Source of the DNA: Takakia lepidozioides | Lineage: Eukaryota; Plantae; Bryophyta | DNA length: 64,000 nt | NCBI GenBank assembly: GCA_030704615.1 | Contig: CM060732.1 | Location: 54,002,001-54,066,000, forward strand | Direction of reading: 5' to 3' | Program-made: the position numbers and the translations under genes | The notes under the pieces: model-generated | The model's database searches: none | The model's input: the letters and a program-made list of their open reading frames with translations, nothing else | Told to the model about the DNA's origin: nothing | Shown: in pieces, positions 12,729 to 22,988 of the stretch | Position numbering within the stretch: position 1 is the first letter of the stretch | Layout of the letters: every line of letters begins with the position of its first letter

Positions 12729-12970
12729 GTGGAGGCGGGTCGCAGGGACGCTTTCAGTACGACCATCCTTCCCCTTTTATGGATGTAGACCTCATGGACT
12801 TCTCATCATTCTTTGTTAGTTGCATGGGGTGTGACCCTTATTTATATTTTCATGATGGGAGACAGTTCATGCCGTGATGTGGAAGGGCAACGAACAAATA
12901 GACAGATATGCAAGGTGAGTTTGCTTGTCAGGGATTCTAATCGAGAGCTTCGAGTCGTGTAGGATGGCAG

Positions 12971-15186
12971 GGGTGAATCAGGCACAGTTGGTTGAATCAG
13001 GCACCTCCACAATGACCGCTGCCTTTGACAGAGGACCAGGAAAGGGTGTTAATGACAGCTTTTATGACACTGGTGGCGATGTGAGGACACTATGTAAAGC
13101 TGGACGATTGAGACAGGCGCTGCACATTTTGAACCAAGGAGCGATTTTGGCAGACTCCAACACGTATGTCTGTCTTTTGCAGGAGTGCATCAGGATGAAA
13201 GGCCTAGCAGAGGGAAAGCAGGTGCATGTCCACATTACCCAAAGTGGATTCAAGCCAAACATCTTTCTACTGAATAACCTTGTCAACATGTATATCAAGT
13301 GTGGCAGTGTGGTGGATGCACACTTAGTGTTTAAGGAAATGCCCAAACGAGATGTGTTTACGTGGACTACGATGGTAGCGGGGTATACCAAGCACGGTTG
13401 TGGTAATGAGGCTTTTGATATGTATCAGCATATGATACAAGAGGGGGTAGAACCCAACAATGTCACATTCATTTGTGTTCTTAAGGTGTGTGGCAGCATA
13501 GGTGCCCTGGAAAAAGGCAAAGAGGTCCATGCCGATATCGTCAAAGCTGGAATTGTGCCAGATGTCATTCTGGCGACTTCCCTTGTCGACATGTATGCCA
13601 AGTGCGGGAGTGTGAAGGATGCACGTCAATTGTTTGACAATATGGCTGAACGAAATGTGGTCTCATGGAATGTCATGATTGCAGGATATGCCCAGCATGG
13701 GTATGGTGGGGAGGCGTTGGAGATGTATGAGCAAATGATAGGGGAAGCGGTGACACCCAGCGACATCACATTCACTTGTGTTCTCAATGCTTGTGCTAGC
13801 CTGGCAGCCCTGGAAAAGGGCAAAGCCGTCCATGCTGTCATCATGAATGCTGGAATTGCTCGGGGCATCATTGTGGAGACTGCGCTTGTCAACATGTATT
13901 CCAAATGTGGGAGTGTTAAGGATGCACGTCAAGTTTTTGACAATATGGCTGAACACGATGTGGTCTCATGGAATGCAATGATCACAGGATACACTCAGCA
14001 TGGGTCTGGTCAGGAGGCTTTTGAGATGTATACGCAAATGATACAGAAAGGGGAGGTGCCCAACAAGGTCACGTACATTTGCATTCTAAATGCATGTGCC
14101 AGCCTGGCAGCCCTGGAAGAGGGCAGACAGGTCCATGCTGACATCATCAAAGCTGGAATTGTGTCATACATGAATCTGGAGAATGCTCTTGTTAACATGT
14201 ATGCCAAATGTGGGAGCATAGAGGATGCGCGTGAAGTGTTCAGCAATATGGCTCAACGAAATGTGGTCTCATGGAGTGCAATGATTGCAGGATATGCTCA
14301 GCATGGGTGTGGTGGGGAGGCTCTGCGACTATTTGAAAAAATGCAAGAGGAAGGCTTGAAGCCAGATGGTATCACCTTTATATGCGTTCTCTCTGCATGT
14401 AGCCATGTGGGCCTAGTTCATGAAGGTCTTCACTACTTCGACTCCATGAGTCGACATCATGGTGTCAGTCCTACAATGGAGCATTTTGGCTGTATAGTGG
14501 ACCTTCTTGGCCGTTCAGGTCAATTGGACAAGGCAGAGGACTTCATTAATAAAATGCCAATCCAACCGGATGCTTCAGTGTTGGGCGCTTTGCTTGGTGC
14601 CTGCAGAATCCATGGCAATGTGGAGGTAGCAGAACGTGCAGCCAAATGCCTTCTCAAGTGGGATCCACAGGATGCTGCAACTTATGTGCTGCTATCGAAC
14701 ATCTATGCTGCTGCTGGCATGTGGGATGACACAGCAAAGGTGAGAAAAATGATGCAGGACAGGGATGTCAGAAAGGAGCCAGGGCGGTGCTGTATTGAGG
14801 TGGACAAGCGGGTGCACACGTTTGTTGTAGAAGACAAAGTGCATCCACAAATTGAGGAAATCCATGATGAGCTGAATAGATTGTCTCCACGGATGAAGGA
14901 GGCTGGATATGTGCCTGACACACGCTTTGTGTTGCAGGATGTCAAGGAGGAGCAAAAAGAATTTTCTCTTTGCCACCACAGTGAGAGGCTGGCCATTGGT
15001 TTTGGGCTCATTAGCATGCCCCCTTGGGTGCCTATCCGCATCATCAAGAATCTTCGGGTGTGTGGTGACTGCCACACTGCCACAAAGTTCATCTCAAAGA
15101 TTGTTCCGCGGATAATTGTTGTGCGGGATGCCAACCGCTTTCACAATTTCCAAGATGGGGTTTGTTCTTGTGGGGATTACTGGTGA
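12971..15186 (+). CDS. PLS-class pentatricopeptide repeat protein with E1-E2-DYW cytidine deaminase domain (organellar C-to-U editing factor type); single large exon
   Basis: Uninterrupted ORF with 14 recognisable motifs (L-S-P-L-S-P-L-S-P-L-S-P2-L2-S2), E1/E2, PG box KEPGRCCIEV, HSERLA, CGDCH and terminal CSCGDYW. In-frame ATG at 12964. Strong splice acceptor at 12969-12970 with a TTCTAAT branch site ~30 nt upstream. Confidence 0.97.
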
Positions 15187-17029
15187 AACTATCAATATAA
15201 AGTACATCGCTGAATTGTGGGGGCCAACAGGTGATAACTTAAATATCTTTGCAAGCAGAGAGTAAAGTTGGAAGGAACAATGTGTCATTGAATGCACCTC
15301 ACTGCCCTTTCTGTGAGCCCACTTATAGTGGTAATCATCACCAGCAGAACTGAAGTCAGGTAGAATCTTGTTGCAGGCAACATCAGGCATGCCTCTCCCA
15401 AACTTGTGGTGGTTGTCAATTTTGAGAACACGGTTGAATGGAGCCCAAAAGGTTAAGGAAAGATTAGGTACTTGGATCAGTGATTTGCTTAAAGTGACAG
15501 GGTGATAGCTATTCCACCTACTCCATCTATTCCTTGTGCGTGTTCGAACTGAAACATTGACTCTCAACAGGCCTAGGCACTGCTTGCTCTCTAATAAAAT
15601 TCCATGCAGACAACAGCTACCAAATAAGACTATGTGTGGGGATATGCACAATGATTGAAGGCAGGACTGTGACCACAGCGTGTGCTATGGGAAGCTTGTC
15701 TAGTGAGAATCTGGGCTTGCAATGGCATGCATGGTGTACATAAGAAACTGGTATGGTTTGATGAATTTGTCACTTTCTCTAGCAACGCAGCCCATAGTCA
15801 AACTATTAATCTGACCTTAAGTGATCAGAAGGTGGTGAGGACGGTGTGCATTTGCAACTCGGCCCACCTTGTTGTCAATGTCCATTAACTTGAGTTCAGT
15901 CCAGAAAACTTCATGTGTCTAGATGTTTTACCCTAGGCGACAGACTTCATTACCTGTAATTTTTTCGGATCCATACCGTTATATACGGCCGATGGTATTA
16001 TAACCCATGCATGGTAACCTAGGTGGTGGCTACATCCTGGCCGTTCAGGGTAACGACGGTTTATTGATAGTCCTTGCTGCTGGCCATTCATGCCGGGCCA
16101 TGTGGCAGGATGGCTAACCCCTGGTGTATCTCTCCGTTTACTAATGTGTCGGTTGTAAAAGCATTAATCCTGAACGGGATACATGAGTAAACAGAATCTG
16201 ATATCACTCCGTTTACTAATGTGTCTCTCTCTTGCTCTCTAACAAAAGAGAGGCTGGGTTGTGGGAGGTGCATGGCGTCGACGGTGCTGGAATTCTTGCG
16301 GTATGGGGCACCTGCAAGCCCCATACAAGCGCTGGATGCCTCAATAACGTCTCCCTTTCTGCCATCTCTTGCGCTCTCAGCAACTGAATCCTCAGCTCTG
16401 TTAACTCCGCTGTTGTCGTCCCTGGTGGCACTCTCAGACCCCGAGAGCCTTTGCGTATGCATCGTTGGACTATGGAGAGATATGTCGATTTGCTTAAGAG
16501 GCAGAAAAGTCTGGAGAAGTCCCTGGAATCTCTCGTGTCGAGGAGGATGACGAGGGAACTTGAAGGAAGATGAGAGTGGGGAGCTGGATGAGTGTGATGC
16601 CTTTCAACAGGGTGATGAGGTAATTATGATTTCTCTTTCCTAATTCTGTGTACGTCACGTAAAGAGAACACGTGTGTATGTGCGACCTGTAGTGTGTGTA
16701 TGTACGTTTATTTTTTCCATGAATTTATTGAGCAGTAATATATCCAATCATTGTTCCAGGAAAGCCCACTTTGCTTTTTTCACGAATTTCCAGCGACCAA
16801 AATACTTGAAATTCTGTGTTGGTAGCCTGTGCCGTTGGCCCAAGTGTCCAATGTCATCTAAGTCCAAGTGCATCCCCTATGTAGAGGCCCATGTGTGAGA
16901 AAACCAATTTAATTTTTCCATGAATTTATTGAGTAGGAATCTCCTATCGAGGCTTCATATGTTGATATATCCAATCACAGTCCCAGGAAAGCACATTTGA
17001 CGACCAAAAGTACTTGAAATTCCATATCT

Positions 17030-17900
17030 CCCACAGTGTAGGTCCAAAAATCATGAGACTAAGTCGGTGCACCGCCTTGGATCTCTTATCAGCTACAATC
17101 CCTACCCGTTACTCATGCTTTTGCTCGTGTGGGGATTGACTTGGTAGGACCTCTTGCTCTCACGTCATCAAAGGGTCATAGTTACCTTTGTGTTGCCACT
17201 GATTACTTGACAAAGTCGGTAGAACTCCGTCTTTTGCATACCAAGAGTAGTGATGCTGTGGCTCAATTCTTCTTTGATGAGATCATCCTCTGTCACGGGT
17301 GTCTTAGGGAGATCCTCACGGACCAAGGCAAGGAGTTCTGTAAACAGCTATTCACGATGATATGCTTCAATTTTGGTGTGAAGCACGTGACTACAGCTCC
17401 TAATTATCATTCTCAGACCAATGGCCTCCGGGTGCGTTTTAACCAAACTCTTTGTCGAATGTTGAAATGGTGTAGTCACCAGGGAGTGGGATTTTTTTTT
17501 TGCCCCATCTACTCTTTGTTTGTCGCATCGCTATGCATAGTAGCACCAAGAAGACGCCCTTTGAATTGCTATATGGCCGCTCTTGTTTGTCCCGCTACAT
17601 TCTTCCCCGTTGATCTCCACTGTTTCCGACCCTATTGATTTGTATACATGCTCGCCACGTGGTGTCTATCCAAGATGCTAAGGAAAATATTGGTAGAGCT
17701 CAGCTTACATAGACCCGCAACTTTAACAAATGTGTAAAGAATTCTAACCTGTTTCAGATGGGACAGATGATGGGGGGAGAGTGACTGAGCAGCTGCTCCT
17801 CCGCTTGTAACATGGTAAGCATGCACGCAAATCCAAGCTCAAGATTGACAGTCCCTACTTGATGTTAAGCGAGCGGTGGTCGGCGTGCTCTACTTTTATC
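17030..17900 (+). mobile_element. Degenerate Gypsy-like integrase (rve core) remnant
   Basis: GIDLVGPL...YLCVATDYLTK...LREILTDQGKEF...YHSQTNG..RFNQTLCRML, followed by the frameshifted STKKTPFELLYGR motif. No LTRs or RT found nearby. Confidence 0.85.
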
Positions 17901-18409
17901 ACATAGGGCCAATGTCAAGGTGCATGACGATCTTGTCCATCTCACTGATCTCGTTCATTCCGAGCTGGTGTTTGATTTAACTTGCATCAACGTGGAGGGG
18001 CGCACTCTGGGTGAATTTTAGCAGTTCTGATTGGTTTTATTCATACTCCGCATTTCCAGCTTTGTTTTTGGATATTAATGTTTAGCCTTCTGATTTCTCT
18101 GATCTCTTTGGGTGCCTCCTTAGTATCTGATGAACACCATCTGTACTCCATATCAAGGTTTTCCTGTCCAAGGGTTTTGCCCTCGGCCCTACATGAAGGT
18201 GCCAGGATTTTCCTTGGTAGGTTTTTCATATCCTGTAGTAGAGGATGTTCATCAAGTGGACTTGTTTTTACGCTCTATTTTTACTTTACTGAGCTCGAGT
18301 TTCCAAGGGGGGGCTAGTCTTAAAAGATGATGTGGCGGTTTAGGATCTCCATGCCTCATTATCAGTTTTGGGCTGGAGGGAAAGTCTCATCCTCTCCGCG
18401 GTGGACTAG

Positions 18410-18735
18410 GTAGCATTGGAGAGGAGTCTTGCTACCGGATGTAGCATGGAGCCAGGACCTACCAAGCCGCGTTAGCGGCGAGGTGTCATGGCGACGTGCT
18501 ATATCCGATAGCAGGGGCTCCTCTCGAGCGCTACCGGACATAACCAGTTTTTAGGGCAGCGAGCCAGTCAGTTTACCTTGTACTTGCCTACCACCACCGG
18601 ATATAGCAGGGAGCCAGGACCTACCGAGCCATTAAAATCTAGTAGGTCGTAAAATACCACATATAGCACCCCTCCTCAAATCCAGTAGAAACACGCCACG
18701 TCAGCGAGTCTGCTCTAAAAATCGGTTATGTCACA
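18410..18735. repeat. Small inverted/direct-repeat (MITE-like) structure
   Basis: GACATAACCAGTTTTTAG (~18537) is inverted against CTAAAAATCGGTTATGTC (~18715). ACCGGAT(G/A)TAGCA(T/G)GGAGCCAGGACCTACC is repeated at ~18435 and ~18596. Confidence 0.5.
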
Positions 18736-19094
18736 GAAATCTGGGGGAGTAGATGGGAATAGCAGGCTTGGCCACGAAGAAGGGGATCAAACACGAAGAG
18801 GAGTTAGCTGTCGCTAAACAGAGTTCATACATTTGACATATCGAACATCATGTAGACACCAAGTATATCAAAAACCCACATCCGTCCAAAGACCCCTGTG
18901 ACTTATACAGCATTTAGTCATGTATTCCGTTCAGGATTAATGCTTTTACAACCGTCGTCCCATAGGACTAATAACCAACAAGAAGCGCTGAAACATGGAT
19001 GAACAATGGATGAAGTAGCTTGAGGCCGAACCGCAGCTTGACTCTGCAGGGAAGCTTTTGCAAGACAACGGAGGGAGGGTGAGAAGTGGCCGCG

Positions 19095-21279
19095 ATGTCA
19101 TGGTGTACAATCGAGTCGGATCCCGGTACTCTCTTCAATCTAATTCCTTGCTGCTGCTCTGTGACGGACATGTTTCCAACAGAATAAACACTTGTAGACT
19201 GCATATTTTTTGGGTTAGGGTTAGGTGTAGGGTGGGGGCAGAAACCAAGCCAGTTTAACCCTCCCATATTTTTGTATGACAATTGCCACTTGATGCATAC
19301 TGATTTGATTTGCACCTCTGAAGACTAGATGGGATCTCATTGTGCAGTAACAATTCTGTGGGAAACTTAGTCTGATGATAACTACATGTTGGCATCGTTC
19401 ACAGGGGTGTTCACAGAACTTATCCAGCAAATGCAAGTCAAAGGAGTTCAGGTATGACTCTTTAGCTGTGTAATGTGGAACAGTCTTGCATTCTCAGCTG
19501 TTATATGATGAGTATCTCTAGTTTTCTTGAAAGTCTTGACTGTCTCACATCACACCCTGTACGGTTCAAGTACTTTTTTTTGCATGTCATCATCTCTCTC
19601 ATCTTCTGACCTATCTTCTGGATCAGGGCGACTATAGGCCCTTCATGTGAGATTGCGTGTTTGGTGCAGGTAGAAGAGCTCTACAGTTTAGACCTTGAAT
19701 CTCTGGGGTTGCTGAGGTGAGGCCTCTCTCACACACACAGCAATAATTGACATCTCCTGCTACTTCATCAGAGTTTTATCCAGGAGTGCTCTCTCTCTTC
19801 TCAAGTTGCTTTCCAGCTTGAAAGATTTTTTTTCATTTAGAATTGTTGTTGTTAACCCTGTCTGGGATGGGGTGAAATAGACTAGTGCCAGTCACCTCTT
19901 GCATTTGTCTAGTCTGTACTGTGGGTGGTGGGTCATCAATGTGAGTATGGAATCTCAATGGGTTCATGCTTTGTTGCAACCTTCGTCAAGTCATCAGGAG
20001 GTCAGGATCTCTATAGCTTGCTATGGAGTCGCCTCAAATGGACCAAGCTGAAAATAAGCTTTTTCATGTGGAAACTTGCCGGGGTGCTCTTGAGCCTATG
20101 CTATTGCCTTGTTGTCCTCGCAGGCCTGTGTATGGCTTGATATTTCTCTTCAAGTGGCGGCCTGGTGAGAAGGATACACGCCCTGTGTTGAGGGAAGCCA
20201 ACCCCAATTTGTTTTTTGCTAGCCAGGTTTGCAACCTTCCCATGAATGCTCATATTGGATACATGTCCATCATCTGTCGAACCATTTCAGGAGTACAGTT
20301 TTTGCCATATCTGTAGCCTTGCTGGCCATTTACCATCTGTGATAGAAGCTCTGGGTTGATTGGCTTTGTGGTGCTGGAACTGCAATAGCTTTCTCGTAGT
20401 CAATGACTTGCCATTTGGAAGATTGAGAGCTTAATTTCTTAAAATTGATGGTGGTTGTATTGGCAGGTCATCAACAATGCCTGTGCCACACAGGCGATTC
20501 TCTCCATCCTTATGAACCGGCCAGAAATTGAGGTCGGCCCAGAGCTCACAATGCTAAAGGAGTTCAGCAAAGGGTTTCCTCCTGAGCTGAAAGGGCTAGC
20601 AATCAACAACAGCGAAGCAATTCGCACAGCTCACAACAGCTTTGCTAGGCCTGAGCCTTTTGTGGCTGAGGAGCAGAAAGTGGCAGACAAGGACGATGAT
20701 GTCTACCATTTTATCAGCTATCTCCCAGTGGATGGAGTACTTTATGAGCTTGATGGGCTCAAGGAAGGACCGATCAGCTTGGGTGAATGTGGGGCTGGTG
20801 GGCCTGATTCCATGGACTGGCTTCAGCTGGTGCAACCAGTAATCCAAGAGAGAATAGAGAAGTATTCAAAGAGTGAGATCAGATTCAATCTCATGGCAGT
20901 TATTAAGAATAGGAAGGATATCTACAATGTGGAGATGGCAGAACTGGAGAGCAGAAGGACCCAGATATGGGATCAGTTGGAGGCTGCACAGGCCAAGGGT
21001 GAGGATGGCATGGATATTGATTCAGCGGGTGGGAAAGAGGAGGGTGACCCTCCCGCAATGTCCATCCAGACGCTACGAAATAATCTAGCTGATGTGGAGT
21101 CAGAGATTGCAAAAGTGGGTGACAAGATTGCAATGGAGGACGAGAAGTTCAGGAAGTGGAAAACTGAGAACATCCGACGGAAGCATAACTACATCCCCTT
21201 TCTGTTCAATTTTCTGAAAATCCTTGCTGAGAAGAAACAGCTGAAGCCCCTTATTGAAAAAGCACGTCAGAAGACTTGA
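19095..21279 (+). CDS. UCH2: Ubiquitin C-terminal hydrolase, UCH37/UCHL5 type (peptidase C12). Exons 19095-19125, 19405-19451, 19670-19716, 20124-20226, 20467-21279
   Basis: [34 protein letters not shown]; [11 protein letters not shown]; catalytic [24 protein letters not shown]; C-terminal [12 protein letters not shown] tail. GT-AG introns are in phase. Confidence 0.95.
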
Positions 21280-21287
21280 CATGATTT

Positions 21288-21512
21288 ATGAAGTATCACG
21301 TCCATGACCCTGCCAACTCTTGCAAGGTTGGTGACGTTGTCACTGTAGCCAAGTGTGCACCTGTGAGTAAGAGTAAGACTTTTGTTGTTGTGGACATCAA
21401 AGCAGGTCGCAAGCCTGGTACAAGGCTACCGGCACCTACATTGCCTCCCTTGGAATCGTTCCTAAAAGCCATAAAAACCCCAAACACTACTAGCTCTTTA
21501 AATAAGAAGTAA
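21288..21512 (+). pseudogene. C-terminal half of a plastid-type ribosomal protein S17 lying in the UCH 3' region
   Basis: [34 protein letters not shown] matches the uS17 signature HD..N..KVGD.V....RP.SK.K.F. The N-terminal half and transit peptide are absent. Confidence 0.75.
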
Positions 21513-22988
21513 AATATGAAATCTAAGAGTGAATCTATCTTATTGACTATTAGGATTGAATCGATCTAAGTAACATTACAGATACTAGCCTTCCATGCAC
21601 GTCATTGTGATGAGGTTATATTTGGGAGTATCTAGAGAGATGACGCATAGCTTAGCATAAGTCAACAATCCACACATCTGGTTCGAAATTCCTAAATGGC
21701 TGAGCAAATTCAGTCAAAATTCCATAGGAATGATGCTAGCCACCTTCTTCTAGAACTTTTGGACAAGATTTTGGTATACCTTTGTAGTGATCTGGAGGAG
21801 GGTCCCGTGCCATAGGTCCCAGGCTTTCTCTCGGAGTAATTGAGTCATTGATAACCTTTGGGTCTACCGGAATATTTGCCTCGTGACATGACTGGGTATA
21901 CCTGTGACATGCGTGACGGTTTAATTCCGTCTGGCCCGCTTTCGACGCTGCGTAGGCGGCGATCACGATTACTGCAGGTACAACTGCTTCGATCGAAGTA
22001 GCTTCACCAAGATTACCTATGCAACCAACTACGTAACGTAATATGAGATGGATCAACCAGACGTCCAAAAAGCTAAAGGAGGGTACCTTCGAATTAAAAA
22101 CCTCCAGACGCATCCTAATACTATAACCCGGTAAGGCAGAAAAGCGGCCCCTAACCATTGCGAATCCTGGTCCTGGAGACAAAGTGGTGCAGGGGGCCAC
22201 CGGTTTTGGGGAATAACTGAAAAAGCTGCACTTTCTAAACTTTGCCACCTTTTTTATTGTGGGAAACAATGGATGTGTTATATGGAAAACGAGACAGTCT
22301 CGGGGATGTCCATCAAGTCAAGGTCCTCAACATTTTTCGGTTGAATCCATCCATGGGGATGTGGGTTTCCCTTACAGGACCTTTCGTTTCCAATGTGCTA
22401 CCCCTCTGAAGATGGGTTGGCCAGCCTGGTTACCCAGCCTGGTCAACAACGCTGCCCAAGATTAGGGCAGCAAGAAAGGAACATCCAAAGCCAATCTGCA
22501 GCTATGTTACAAATTTGGCTACAAGAACAACTAACCAATGGGCCAAGTGTCATTGGAAAGCCCTTCAATCCATTGAGCAAGAATCCAGGAAGATTAAGGG
22601 GGATGAAGAAAAAACCCTGTTCAGATTGCTTAGGCCTTTACGGTCAAGCTTGAAATGCACCTACTTCATATTCAAAGCACACCTAATTGCAAATATTTAC
22701 TGACAGCCCTTGGCTGCATATTTAATTGGGACCGATGTTAATCGAGGAAATTACAGTGCTTGTCTTGCAGATCCAAGATCTGTAATTTGGTCTGTAAGAC
22801 AGTGCTCATATGATGTCCCATTCGGCCTATTTATCTATAAGTTTATTACCCCATTTGGACAAAAAAGCACTCTAGCAAGGGCTATGGCCACTAATTCGAC
22901 CCACAAGAAATCGACACAACAAAAATCCCACTGTAAACACCACTTCCAAGTGCTATCTAAATAAGTTCCTGGACAGTATAGACAATGC

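Noticed and set aside
12915-12970. Alternative intron from the strong donor AAG|GTGAGT giving a stand-alone MQG-VNQ PPR start
   Set aside because: In frame, but only 56 nt long (short for a plant intron) and it yields no transit peptide. Judged less likely, not excluded.
13062-15651. Multiple minus-strand ORFs over the PPR exon
   Set aside because: Antisense shadows of the PPR coding repeats.
16150-18955. Ginger-type element (TIRs + Gypsy-like integrase)
   Set aside because: There is no TSD outside the inverted pair, and the left copy is itself enclosed by a 19-bp duplication, indicating an independent small insertion.
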